A stretch of DNA of 64,000 bases from Deltaproteobacteria bacterium (GCA_016234405.1 JACRCC010000046.1:2079-66078), one strand, 5' to 3'; positions 38,708 to 48,542 are shown, counted from the first letter of the stretch. Numbers and translations are program-made. Notes: a model not told the origin generated them from the sequence alone.

Positions 38708-39019
38708 TTAATCGTGCCCCGCCCCGCCCTCAACCTTCATTGCCTGACACGACTGGGAGCACCGCGTGCAGTAATGGGTGAAATCAAGCTCGTATTCCTT
38801 GTAGACAGGACACGTTGAGCAGACGCACTCCTTCTCCCATTGAATCTTCTTGCTCGTGCCAATGACCGGATAACAGTAACCGACCGGGGCGTCGCCCTTG
38901 ACATAAGTCGGGCATCCGGAACATTTGCATTTTTTTTCGACGTATTCCTGCTTTTTGGCGGTTTCCGCATCCGACATCTTCTCAAGATTGAATTTGTCTA
39001 TCCTGTCGTACTTGCTCAT
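38708..39019 (-). CDS. Small Cys-rich protein with duplicated CxCSxCP(T/V)Y motif
   Basis: KCKCSGCPTYV and CVCSTCPVYK plus CTRCSQSC; strong AGGAGG ribosome-binding site; lies downstream of narK. Confidence 0.55.
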   Translation of the reverse strand: MSKYDRIDKFNLEKMSDAETAKKQEYVEKKCKCSGCPTYVKGDAPVGYCYPVIGTSKKIQWEKECVCSTCPVYKEYELDFTHYCTRCSQSCQAMKVEGGAGHD

Positions 39020-39188
39020 CTTTGACCTCCTCCTGTTTGAGTTTTTAAAACGCCTCCGCAATATACGAACCGTCTAAAAGCAAGCCGACGGCCTTGCATG
39101 ACGGGGATATTTACATATAACAACTATAGCTTAGATTCTACGTCTGTCAAGGAAGTGAAGGGGGACGGGAGACACATTTTATATATTG

Positions 39189-39258
39189 GTTGCAGCTCAG
39201 GCCGTAACTCAGACCGTAGCTCAGGCCTTTAGGCCTGAGGTCGTCAGGGCTGCTCGCA
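39189..39258. repeat. Repeat family R1 copy
   Basis: gcagctcaggccgtaactcagaccgtagctcaggcctttaggcctga. Confidence 0.75.
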
Positions 39259-39263
39259 CCCCA

Positions 39264-39303
39264 CCCCAAAAAAACAGGGGGGGGCGTTTTAAACGCCCCC
39301 CCT
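39264..39303 (-). terminator. Rho-independent terminator downstream of narK (G/C-rich hairpin plus U-run on minus strand)
   Basis: gggggggcgttttaaacgccccccc preceded on the plus strand by caaaaaaac. Confidence 0.7.
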
Positions 39304-39353
39304 TTGAAACGCCCCTAACCGGGGCTTACTGCGTCAAGACCGCATCCGCACGA

Positions 39354-41093
39354 TTAGTGCAGGTGCAGATCTATCTTCTTCATGTTCTCCTTCTCGGCGT
39401 CCGAAAGCTTGTCCCACCATGTGCCGCCGTCGTTGCCCCAGTCGCCACGCTCCGCTCCCTTGCGGGTATAGTAGTACCAGTTCAGGATGTTGGCGTAAGT
39501 GTAGAAGACCGCGGCGCCCACGAAGAACGGGATGGCGTTGCCTAAATTCGTTATGGACAGGCCGATGAGTCCCGTGAAGATGAACGGGCCGAAGGCCGCC
39601 CAAGCGCCGGTCCACCCGAGCATCTGCGCGCCCTTGCCCGGCGAATACGCGTAGACTATCGGATACTGACGGAAGGTCGCGGCGTTGGCAATGCCCGTCA
39701 TAAGGAACATGAAGAGCATGGTCCAGAAGAACCCGTTGAACGGCGCCACGGACGTCGGGGTGAGGAACCCTCCGAATATGAGTATCAGGCAGGCAAGTAT
39801 CTCGCCGCCGATGCACAGCAGCATGCCGATGCTCCCGCCCCATTTGTCCCACAACGGGCCTGTGACGACGCGGGAAAGCCCTCCAACGAGCGGGCCGTAA
39901 AAGGCGTATGCCAGCGGGTCGGGCGCGCCGTCGAAACCGCCGTAGATGACCTTTATCATCATCGGGAACGCGGCCGCATAACCGGAGAACGAACCGAAGG
40001 TTGTGATGTAGGTTATCACGCAATTCCATTGATGGACGTGCGACCTGTTCCTCGAGCTCAAGATTTCAAACTGGCCGGCAAAGCCCCTGCCCTTGAGCGT
40101 GCCTATGCTCCTGAGGAATATCCAGCAGAGGATGAAGGATATTATGAGGTACGGGACATACCAGAACGCCGCGTTCTGCACCCAGATGCCCTTTTTAATC
40201 ACCTTCTTGACTACTACGTCCGTAACGGCGCCCGCGGCATTTTTCTTAACGGGTGTAAACGGGGCAGGCCCGCCCACCAATATGCCCTCGGTCTTCTTTA
40301 CTTCTATAATGGCCCCTGAGGCGTCCTTCACCACGTCCGCCTTTATGCCCTTGATTGTCTCGGTGTCTTGAACGACCACGTCCTTGACCACTCCGCCGTC
40401 TTTCGTAATGACTAAGGCGGCGGCCAGATCCGGCTTATTGACCACTACGTCCGTAACAACGCCGGAGGCGTCTTTCGTAAGCGTTAGCGCGCCCTTGATC
40501 ACGTCGCCCTTCGTGAACACCTGCGGCCCGCCGACGGCCGCGCCGAGGAATGCCGCGCCTATTATCCACGGTGTTACAAACTGGACCACGGACACTCCGA
40601 AGTTGCCGAGGCCCGCCTGAATGCCCATGGAGATGCCCTGGAGCCTCTTGGGGAAGAAGATGGAGGTCGAGGGCATGTACGAAGAGAAGTCCCCGCCGCC
40701 CATGCCGCTGAGGAACCCGATTATTATGAACGTCCAGAATCCCGTGTTCAGGTCCTGCACCGCGTAGCCCAGCCATACCATTGGTATGAGCTTTATTATC
40801 GTCGCTATGCTCACGACCGGCCTTGTCCCGAGGACCGGAATGAAGAACGAATGAATGAGCCTCAATATGCCGGAGGCGAGCCCGGGAATGGCCGCCAGCC
40901 AGAACAATTCCATCGGGGTGAACTTAAATCCGATGTTGGGCAGCCTAACGACCACCGCGCTCATGACGAACCATGTGGCGAACGATGAGATAAGAGAGAA
41001 TGTGGTTATGCCGCACGTGCGCCACGCCAGTCCGCTGCCCTTCTCCTTCCAGAACTGCGGGTCTTCGGGCCTCCAATCCATTATCTTTGACAT
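39354..41093 (-). CDS. narK: MFS nitrate/nitrite transporter NarK with an internally repeated insertion of about 115 aa in the central loop
   Basis: 12-TM MFS NarK signatures; insertion aa ~195-310 with four (T/V)KD(A/G)(S/G)G(V/A)xx(D/E)VVV repeats. Confidence 0.85.
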   Translation of the reverse strand: MSKIMDWRPEDPQFWKEKGSGLAWRTCGITTFSLISSFATWFVMSAVVVRLPNIGFKFTPMELFWLAAIPGLASGILRLIHSFFIPVLGTRPVVSIATIIKLIPMVWLGYAVQDLNTGFWTFIIIGFLSGMGGGDFSSYMPSTSIFFPKRLQGISMGIQAGLGNFGVSVVQFVTPWIIGAAFLGAAVGGPQVFTKGDVIKGALTLTKDASGVVTDVVVNKPDLAAALVITKDGGVVKDVVVQDTETIKGIKADVVKDASGAIIEVKKTEGILVGGPAPFTPVKKNAAGAVTDVVVKKVIKKGIWVQNAAFWYVPYLIISFILCWIFLRSIGTLKGRGFAGQFEILSSRNRSHVHQWNCVITYITTFGSFSGYAAAFPMMIKVIYGGFDGAPDPLAYAFYGPLVGGLSRVVTGPLWDKWGGSIGMLLCIGGEILACLILIFGGFLTPTSVAPFNGFFWTMLFMFLMTGIANAATFRQYPIVYAYSPGKGAQMLGWTGAWAAFGPFIFTGLIGLSITNLGNAIPFFVGAAVFYTYANILNWYYYTRKGAERGDWGNDGGTWWDKLSDAEKENMKKIDLHLH

Positions 41094-41290
41094 TACGGTT
41101 GCTCCTTTCGGTTCAGTTTTTCACGTTTTTTGCCGCCTAAAGCGCCGCAAAACTATAATTAACAAACGTAGGATTATTGCACGGTCCCGTCGGAACTGTA
41201 GAACTGACCGCTTATGTTTTGCGCCGTCTCAAGCCGGCAAAATTCCGTGTTTAAAGGCGGGGCGGGCCCCATGGCCCGCCCCGTATCCGG

Positions 41291-41995
41291 CTACTTATAC
41301 TGAACGAGATGCTCCGTCCTCGCGGTCCTCGGACGGTACCACCTTACGACCTGATAAGGCCTCCAGAGGTACTTGTACGGGTTGATGACCACGAAGTGCG
41401 CCAACCTTGAGAACGGGATAAGCGCAAAGAACAGCATCGCGTTGAAGATGTGAACCTTTGTGACGACCGGCAGGTTCGATACGAAATCAACGTTGGGCTG
41501 GAACGACAAGACCGACCACATCCACGGCACCGCGGCTCCGGCGTACCAGTTGGAACCCCACCTGTAGAGGATGGCGTTTCCGAGACCGGTTACGACCTGA
41601 ATGAGCAGTATCAGGAGAACAAGCACGTCCCACCCTGAGGTAAGCGCCTTGACCCTTACGTTAGTGAGCCTCCTATAGATGAGCGTAAGGAGACCGAAGA
41701 GCGCAAGGAAACCGAGCGATAGACCGGTAAGCTCAAGCAGATAGAGTCTTGCCGGCGCCGAGTTCCATCCGAGGATAACGGACGGAATTATCAACCCGAT
41801 TATGTGACCTGTGAGTATCAGCATTATCCCGTAGTGCCAAGGGAACGACCCGAAAAACAGAGTCCTGTTCTCAAGGAACTGAGACGACTGCGACGACCAC
41901 GTATATTTGCTCATCGTATATCTGTAGATGATGCCGGCTATCGCCAGCGTCAACAGGACATACGGAGCGGCTCCGAAAAGCATCGTGTTTATCAT
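41291..41995 (-). CDS. narI: Respiratory nitrate reductase gamma subunit NarI (dihaem b)
   Basis: Five TM helices, conserved His ligands, 234 aa. Confidence 0.9.
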   Translation of the reverse strand: MINTMLFGAAPYVLLTLAIAGIIYRYTMSKYTWSSQSSQFLENRTLFFGSFPWHYGIMLILTGHIIGLIIPSVILGWNSAPARLYLLELTGLSLGFLALFGLLTLIYRRLTNVRVKALTSGWDVLVLLILLIQVVTGLGNAILYRWGSNWYAGAAVPWMWSVLSFQPNVDFVSNLPVVTKVHIFNAMLFFALIPFSRLAHFVVINPYKYLWRPYQVVRWYRPRTARTEHLVQYK

Positions 41996-42552
41996 TACTT
42001 AACCTCCTCCTTGACGTCTTTATCTATGATTCTGTAGATGGCGCCTATCAAGTGCCTGTACGGATTGCGCGTAGTCTTGTCGAAGTTCTTATGCAGCTTT
42101 TCTAAGGCCTTGATAACGAAGTCCTCGCGGAAGCTCTTTATGAGGGCCGCGTCCTTCGAAAAACCCATGAAACGAAGAACGACCGGGAGATGGTCGGGTA
42201 ATTCCCCTTTGGCGATTTCGTCAAAGGGGAACCCGGTATCCTTATACATGGTCTTTATAAGCGAGAGGTTATTTGCCCGCTTGAACCCGTCGTAGAGGTG
42301 ATACCCCATGTCGAGCGAGTAGTCTGCGGAAAGCTCGAAGGTATATGAATAGATGCCCTGCAGGTCATCGAGCGGCATCTCTTCGATATCCTTCTGGAAA
42401 CGCCTCATCTCCGTGCCGACATCCTCGGTATACTGAGGAAATTGGGCAAGGGTCTTGACGCACTCCTCGGTCTTGAGCTTTATGTCTTCCCGAGGTTGGT
42501 CCAAGAGGCCTGCAAGGCGCTCGTACAGAGCTATGTCCATAACCGTCATCAC
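41995..42552 (-). CDS. narJ: Nitrate reductase molybdenum cofactor assembly chaperone NarJ
   Basis: TorD/NarJ family; positioned between narH and narI. Confidence 0.8.
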   Translation of the reverse strand: MMTVMDIALYERLAGLLDQPREDIKLKTEECVKTLAQFPQYTEDVGTEMRRFQKDIEEMPLDDLQGIYSYTFELSADYSLDMGYHLYDGFKRANNLSLIKTMYKDTGFPFDEIAKGELPDHLPVVLRFMGFSKDAALIKSFREDFVIKALEKLHKNFDKTTRNPYRHLIGAIYRIIDKDVKEEVK

Positions 42553-42557
42553 TTAAA

Positions 42558-44084
42558 TTACCACTGCCTCCCGATGAGTTCCTTCTTCTTGTTGCCGAAT
42601 CCGACCGTTCCCCTCTTCTCGTACATGAGGCGGGGGTCAACGGTGGACTGCGCCTCGCGGTGGGTCTCGGGGATGACGAACCTCTCCTGAAACGTCGCAA
42701 GGGAGACCAGCCTGTAAATCTCATCGCAGTCATTAGGGGTAAGCCCCACGGAGTTTAACATCTGCGATACGGCGCTGTTACCGCCGGCCACGTCCCCGAA
42801 CCTCTGCTGACGCCTGTAGAGCCGCGCGGCCATCTGCCTCTTCAAGGACTCGATGACCACCTGCTCGTTGCCCGCGCCGAACAGGTTCGCAAGAAACCTC
42901 ACCGGCACCCTCATCTTGTCTATCTGATGGAAAAAGTCCATGTTCTCGGGATCGAACGTCCCGCCGGCGTCGGCCTTCGCGTTATGAAGGATCGGCGACA
43001 TGGGCGGTATGTAGAAGTTCATCGGAAGCGTCCTGAACTCAGGATGGTTCGGAAGCGCTATCCTCCACTTCTTGAAGAGGTTGTAGGACGGGGAGTTCTG
43101 AGCGGCCTTTATCCAGTTCTCGTCAATCCCGACCCTTTTGGCCTCCTCGACGACCTTAGGGTCGCACGGATCGAGGAGTATCTCCCTCATGGCCTCTACA
43201 AGCCTCTCGTCAGGCGTCTTTGCAATCTCCTCTATCCTGTCGGCGTCGTAGAAAAGAACCCCGACGGAGCGGATCCTTCCGGTGCAGGCGTGCGCGCATG
43301 CGTTGGCCTGTCCGGTCTCGGTCCTCGGATAGCAGAATATGCACTTCTCGGACTTTCCGTTAGCCCAGTTGTAATAGGGCTTTTTGTAGGGGCATGCGCT
43401 TACGCAGAATCTCCATGCGCGGCAGGTGTCCTGATCTATCAAGACGATGCCGTCCTCGCCCCTCTTGTATATGGCCCCTGACGGGCATGACGCCACGCAC
43501 GCGGGGTTGAGGCAGTGGTTGCAAATCCTCGGGAGATAGAAGAAGAAGAGCTTGTGGAACTTGGTAAGCAGCTCCTTCTGGCTCTCGGACAGTCCCTTTA
43601 GGTTCGGGTCGTTCGACGCATAGAGGGGGGATCCACCCATGTCGTCGTCCCAGTTTGGGCCGAGGACTATCTTCTCCATGAACTCGCCCGTAATCAGGGA
43701 CTTGGGCCTTGCAACCGGCTGGTCGTCTCCAGCGGGCGCGTTGAAGAGGTTCTGGTAGTCGAAGGTAAACGGCTCGTAGTAGTCGTCTATGGTCGGCAGG
43801 TTCGGCTGAAAGAAGATGTTCGCAAGGGTCCGTATCTTGCCCGGCCCCTTTAGAAGCTTCAGCCTAAGCGAGCCGCCGGAGACCTCCCATCCGCCCCTAT
43901 ACCTCTCCTGGTCTTCCCATGTAAGAGGATAGCCGCAGCCGGGTTTGGTCTCGACGTTGTTCCACCACATGTACTCGGCGCCGCGCCTTGTGGTCCACAC
44001 GTTCTTGCAGGACACGCTGCAGGTGTGGCAGCCGATACATTTGTCCATGTGAAAATTCATTGAAAGTTGCGCTCTGATGTCCAT
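42558..44084 (-). CDS. narH: Respiratory nitrate reductase beta subunit NarH (4 Fe-S clusters)
   Basis: CIGCHTC and further Cys clusters; 508 aa; strong similarity to E. coli NarH. Confidence 0.95.
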   Translation of the reverse strand: MDIRAQLSMNFHMDKCIGCHTCSVSCKNVWTTRRGAEYMWWNNVETKPGCGYPLTWEDQERYRGGWEVSGGSLRLKLLKGPGKIRTLANIFFQPNLPTIDDYYEPFTFDYQNLFNAPAGDDQPVARPKSLITGEFMEKIVLGPNWDDDMGGSPLYASNDPNLKGLSESQKELLTKFHKLFFFYLPRICNHCLNPACVASCPSGAIYKRGEDGIVLIDQDTCRAWRFCVSACPYKKPYYNWANGKSEKCIFCYPRTETGQANACAHACTGRIRSVGVLFYDADRIEEIAKTPDERLVEAMREILLDPCDPKVVEEAKRVGIDENWIKAAQNSPSYNLFKKWRIALPNHPEFRTLPMNFYIPPMSPILHNAKADAGGTFDPENMDFFHQIDKMRVPVRFLANLFGAGNEQVVIESLKRQMAARLYRRQQRFGDVAGGNSAVSQMLNSVGLTPNDCDEIYRLVSLATFQERFVIPETHREAQSTVDPRLMYEKRGTVGFGNKKKELIGRQW

Positions 44085-44085
44085 A

Positions 44086-47000
44086 TTACCACTTCACCTC
44101 CTGGTTTCTCATTTTCCTGACCAGCACGGTCGTGTCCCTGATGATAGGGATCGGTCCCCAGGCGTTGAAGCCGTAAGAGAACTGCCCGTATCCGCCGGTC
44201 ATGAGCGTGGGTTTCAGACGCTGCCTGGTGAGGCTGTTGTGAAATCCGCCGCGGATCTTGTTTCTCTGCTCGGCCTTGGGTATGTTTACCGTCCTCTCCT
44301 GAGAGTGGTAGGCAATACACGTGCCCGAGGGGATTCTTGCGCTAACGACGGCGCGGCACACGAATATGCCGTTGTCGTTGTAGGCCTCAACCCAGTCGTT
44401 GTCCCTGATGCCAACCGACTCGGCGTCCCTGTCGTTGACCCAGCAGGAGTTGCCGCCCCTTGAAAGGGTGAGCATCCGGAGGTTGTCGTAGTGGGTCGAG
44501 TGTATCTGCCACTTTCCGTGAGGCGTGATGTAGTTGAGCTGCAAGGCGTCGGTCTTGTCGCTCTTGACAATCTCGTTCATCTTCGCCGGGTTGAGCTTGT
44601 ATTTGTGCGTGCAGCAACCCTCGCCGAACTGAAGATGAATCGGATGATCCAGATAGAAGTGCTGCTTGCCGGTGAGAGTCCTCCACGGCAGCCTGTGCTC
44701 TATCTGTATGGACCAACCGGTGTAAGATCTGCCGCGCCTGACGTCTCCTGACCAGAGCGGGGAGGTTATCCAGCGCCTCGGCTGGGCCATTATGTCGTCA
44801 TAAGTCATGGTTACGTTGCGCTCCGGACCCGCAAGCTCGTCCTCGATGCCGTGCGCGTGATCCACGAGGTACTTCACCTCGTCGCCGTAGATGGCCTTGA
44901 CGGCCTTTTTGGCCGCATCATAGTTCTCACCGTGCAGACCCGTGTGATGCCCCTCTTCCTGCCACTGCCTGTAGCAGACCTCACCGTTGGTGAGTCCGGA
45001 GAAGGCCATGACCACGTTGCAGGCCTCCTTGCCGGTGTTGAGGGATATGAGTTTTTGACCGTCTACCGCGTTGGACTCGGTATGCGGCTGATTGAGGTAG
45101 TTTTCGTAGATTTCCTTACCGTCAATCATGATGTTGTGGAAGCCGTATTTGCCCTTCATCAAAGGCCCAAGCGACGACCATCTGGCATGGTGGTTGGCGA
45201 AATCCCTCTCAACGACCGTCATGCTCGGCATGGTCTTGCCCGGGATAGCCTCGCACTCGCCCTTGAACCAGTGCTCGACCTTGTTGTTGTTGCAGGGCTG
45301 GGTCATCTCGCCCGGGGAGTCGTGCATCAGCGGGTTGAGGATGATGTCCTTCATCGGCTTGGTGAAGTGCTTCTTCGCAAGCTCAGTGAACTTGGCTGAG
45401 AGGAACTTGTATCCGTCCCAATCGCTCTTTGCCTCCCAGTTCGGCTGAACCGCGGCGCCCATCGGGACCACGTAGGAGTGCATGTCCGTTGTGTTTATGT
45501 CCTCCTTCTCGTACCAATGCGCGGTCGGGAGCACGATGTCGCAGTAGGTCGGCGTCGTGTTCATGCGCATATTGAAGTCAACGAGGAGGTCGAGTTTCCC
45601 GAGCGGGGATTCCCTGTACTTAAGGTCCTTGATGTGCGGCTTCGCGGCCTCTTCCGCTCCGACGTTGTGATGCGTGCCCAGGAGGAACTTGAAGAAGTAC
45701 TCCTGTCCCCTTGCGCTGGATCCCAGGGCGTTGCCCCTCCATATCATCCAGACTCTGGGCCAGTTCTCCGGCGCGTCCGGGTCCTGTACGCTGAACTCGA
45801 GCGCCCCGCTCTTCAACTGCTTTACGACGTAGTCTATTATCTCCGGGTTCGTCTTGGCGCCTGCCCTCTCCGCGTCCTCGCAGATGGTCAGCGTGCTCTT
45901 GTTGAACTGCGGAAACCACGGCAGCCAGCCCATCTTTACCGCGCGCACCTGATAGTCCGCGCAGTGCTGGAATTCAAGCTGACTCTTGTCGGGCACCACG
46001 TGGTAATCCGTCATCGCGGAGTCGTACTTGAACTGCTGGGTATGGATATACCAGAAAGACGGCGTGTTTTGGAGTCTCGGCGGCCTTGCCCAATCCAATC
46101 CGAGGGCTATCTGGCCCCATGAATCGAACGGCGCGAGCCTTTCCTGACCCACGTAGTGGTTCATGCCGCCGCCGTTTCTGCCTTCGCAGCCGCACAGCAT
46201 TAGGGAGTTGATGAATCCCCTGTATATGAGGTTTGAATGATACCAGTGGTTGGATGACGCGCCGCAGATGACCATCGAACGGCCCCTGGTCACTTCCGCG
46301 TTTGCCGCGAACTCCCTGGCCACCTGTATTACGGTGTCGCGTCCGATGCCGGTGTACTTCTCCTGCCATGCCGGAGAAAAGCCCCTGTCATCGTCGTAGT
46401 TCCTGCAATAATCGCCGCCAAGGCCCTTACGCGCAACGCCGTGCTGCGCCATGTTTAGGTCGAAGACGGTCGTTACCGCCACCCTGCCCGCGGTCTTGGT
46501 TTCCACGTATTTGACCGGGACCTGCCTCTTGTACTTCTCGGGCTTGTCCTGCTCATAGACGAATACGTCGAGCACGTCGTCCTTGACGTCGAGAAGGGAG
46601 AGGGCCGGGTCAATGTCCTCGCCGGTCTTGCCGTCCTTCAAAAGCGTGTTCCACTTGCCCTTGCTCTCCGGCTTCGCATAATATCTGTAGCCTATGCCGC
46701 CGTTGACCACGCGGGCCTTGCCGGTCTTCATGTCCCACATGCACTGCTTCCACTCCGGGTTGTCGGTGTCGGCGTAATCGGCCAAATCCCTCGCGGAGAG
46801 GAACCTGCCCATCTCGTAACCGTCCTTGCCCTTTGCGAGCTTGACGAGGTTTGGCATGTCGGTATAGCTCTTGGCGTAGTCTATGAAGTACTTGGTCTGC
46901 TTGTCTACGTAGAATTCCTTGAGGATGACGTGGTTGACGGCCATCCACCATGCGCCGTCGGAGCCCGCCCTGATGGGTATCCAGAGGTCGGCGTACTTTG

Positions 47001-47817
47001 CGACCTGCGAATAGTCCGGGGCCATGACCACGACCTTAGTGCCTCCGTGCCTCATCTCCGGGAGATAATGACAGTCCGCGGTTCTGGTCATGTTGAGACA
47101 CGCGCCGGTTACGACGACGTATCCGGCATGATACCAGTCCGCGCTCTCCGCGACGTCGGTCTGCTCGCCCCATACCTCCGGGGAGGCCGGCGGCAGGTCG
47201 GTGTAGTAGTCGTAGAAGCTCATCGAGATTCCGCCCATGAGCTGGTGATACCTTGCGCCTGCCGCGTAGCTGATTTGCGACATGGCCGGAATCGGAGAGA
47301 AGCTGATATTTCTGTCCGGGCCGTACTTCTTTATGGTGTATATCTGGGCCGAGGTTATTATCTCCGCCGCGGTGTCCCAATCGAACCTCCTGAATCCGCC
47401 CTTGCCGCGCGACCACTTGATCTTCTTGTGGAGTTCCGCGTTCTCAACGATGCTCCTCCAAGCGTCAACCGGGTCCGCGTGCTTGCTGCGGGCCTCTTTC
47501 CAAGCGTCCCAGAGTATGCCGCGAACATAAGGATACTTAATCCTGACGGGGCTGTAAACGTACCAAGAAGCGGAGATACCCCTCTGGCAACCCCTGGGTT
47601 CATACGGCGGGAGGGTCTGATCCATCTTGGGATAATCCACGGCCTGCAGCTCCCATGTGATGATGCCGTCTTTTACGTAAACCATCCATGAGCAGCCGCC
47701 CGTGCAGTTGTTGCCGTGCGTGCTCCTTACCGTCTTGTCGTACTGCCAACGGTTTCTGTAAAACTCTTCCCAGCTTCTTTTGCCGGGATTTATCTCGTCT
47801 TGAATCCACGTAGCCAT
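44086..47817 (-). CDS. narG: Respiratory nitrate reductase alpha subunit NarG (cytoplasmic type, no Tat signal); a NarG-like nitrite oxidoreductase is not excluded
   Basis: HGNNCTGGCSW (Hx3Cx3C FS0 motif); N-terminus near-identical in layout to E. coli NarG; start set at MATWIQ, after the cytochrome c stop. Confidence 0.93.
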   Translation of the reverse strand: MATWIQDEINPGKRSWEEFYRNRWQYDKTVRSTHGNNCTGGCSWMVYVKDGIITWELQAVDYPKMDQTLPPYEPRGCQRGISASWYVYSPVRIKYPYVRGILWDAWKEARSKHADPVDAWRSIVENAELHKKIKWSRGKGGFRRFDWDTAAEIITSAQIYTIKKYGPDRNISFSPIPAMSQISYAAGARYHQLMGGISMSFYDYYTDLPPASPEVWGEQTDVAESADWYHAGYVVVTGACLNMTRTADCHYLPEMRHGGTKVVVMAPDYSQVAKYADLWIPIRAGSDGAWWMAVNHVILKEFYVDKQTKYFIDYAKSYTDMPNLVKLAKGKDGYEMGRFLSARDLADYADTDNPEWKQCMWDMKTGKARVVNGGIGYRYYAKPESKGKWNTLLKDGKTGEDIDPALSLLDVKDDVLDVFVYEQDKPEKYKRQVPVKYVETKTAGRVAVTTVFDLNMAQHGVARKGLGGDYCRNYDDDRGFSPAWQEKYTGIGRDTVIQVAREFAANAEVTRGRSMVICGASSNHWYHSNLIYRGFINSLMLCGCEGRNGGGMNHYVGQERLAPFDSWGQIALGLDWARPPRLQNTPSFWYIHTQQFKYDSAMTDYHVVPDKSQLEFQHCADYQVRAVKMGWLPWFPQFNKSTLTICEDAERAGAKTNPEIIDYVVKQLKSGALEFSVQDPDAPENWPRVWMIWRGNALGSSARGQEYFFKFLLGTHHNVGAEEAAKPHIKDLKYRESPLGKLDLLVDFNMRMNTTPTYCDIVLPTAHWYEKEDINTTDMHSYVVPMGAAVQPNWEAKSDWDGYKFLSAKFTELAKKHFTKPMKDIILNPLMHDSPGEMTQPCNNNKVEHWFKGECEAIPGKTMPSMTVVERDFANHHARWSSLGPLMKGKYGFHNIMIDGKEIYENYLNQPHTESNAVDGQKLISLNTGKEACNVVMAFSGLTNGEVCYRQWQEEGHHTGLHGENYDAAKKAVKAIYGDEVKYLVDHAHGIEDELAGPERNVTMTYDDIMAQPRRWITSPLWSGDVRRGRSYTGWSIQIEHRLPWRTLTGKQHFYLDHPIHLQFGEGCCTHKYKLNPAKMNEIVKSDKTDALQLNYITPHGKWQIHSTHYDNLRMLTLSRGGNSCWVNDRDAESVGIRDNDWVEAYNDNGIFVCRAVVSARIPSGTCIAYHSQERTVNIPKAEQRNKIRGGFHNSLTRQRLKPTLMTGGYGQFSYGFNAWGPIPIIRDTTVLVRKMRNQEVKW

Positions 47818-47821
47818 ATTT

Positions 47822-48448
47822 TTACCGGCCTCCTTTCCCGCCGTAATTTCTCCAGAGCGCGTCATGAGCGGTGTTGCCCGCCCTCTTGCTGTATCTGCCG
47901 CTCCAGATGAGACTGAAGATGATAAGTATGCCAATCCCGCCGAGTATGCCTATGATGGTAAACGTTCCGCCTGCGGACGCCGCCACTGCGCCCTTGCTCT
48001 GGCGCTCGAAAAACGCCCTCAGGTTTCCCATCTCATCATCCGTTATGTTCTTTGCGGAGAATACCGGACCCATGACCGGGATGCTGGGCTGATTTACCCA
48101 CATCGTGCTCAAAAGCCCGTTCTTGGTCTCGTCCGCGTAGGTCTTCGTCAGATTCGGCCCGAGGACTCCGCCTTCGAGGCTTCCGGTGCTCGCGCTATGG
48201 CATGACATACACGGAGGCCCGCCGTTTGCAAACCTCCTCTCTCCTTTAAACAACATCTCGCCTATGCTCGCGTTGCCCGTCTCAACTGGCCCCGCGGGAG
48301 CGGCCGGCGCCACTACTGCCGGGGCGCTTGCCGGCGGCGCCGCATAAGCCGTTGCGGTCATTACGCCCGCCGCAAGAACCATTGCCGCACCGAGGCGCAG
48401 CCCCCCTATAACTATTTTCTTGCTGCTCTCAAACACCATACCGCACAC
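47822..48448 (-). CDS. Mono-haem c-type cytochrome with signal peptide and C-terminal TM anchor, first gene upstream of narG
   Basis: CMSCH haem-binding motif; C-terminal hydrophobic stretch IIGILGGIGILIIFSLIW. Confidence 0.7.
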   Translation of the reverse strand: MCGMVFESSKKIVIGGLRLGAAMVLAAGVMTATAYAAPPASAPAVVAPAAPAGPVETGNASIGEMLFKGERRFANGGPPCMSCHSASTGSLEGGVLGPNLTKTYADETKNGLLSTMWVNQPSIPVMGPVFSAKNITDDEMGNLRAFFERQSKGAVAASAGGTFTIIGILGGIGILIIFSLIWSGRYSKRAGNTAHDALWRNYGGKGGR

Positions 48449-48542
48449 CTCCTTTTACCGAGGGGATTACCCTCAACGCTGCCCTGCTTTTTTTTGATTA
48501 TATCTATGACACATCTCTCGTAGATATACGACCCAACTCGCC

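Noticed and set aside
44086-47817. Calling the alpha subunit NxrA (nitrite oxidoreductase) outright
   Set aside because: NarG and Nitrobacter-type NxrA cannot be separated by eye. The operon contains narJ and narI with narK transporters, as respiratory nitrate reductase does. The question is kept as a finding, not made an annotation.
47818-47934. Longer narG start giving a 39-aa N-terminal extension (MAYLSSSVSS...) that overlaps the cytochrome c gene
   Set aside because: Homology to NarG begins at MATWIQ...WEEFYRNRW. The extension overlaps the upstream gene out of frame and has no Tat or other signal features.
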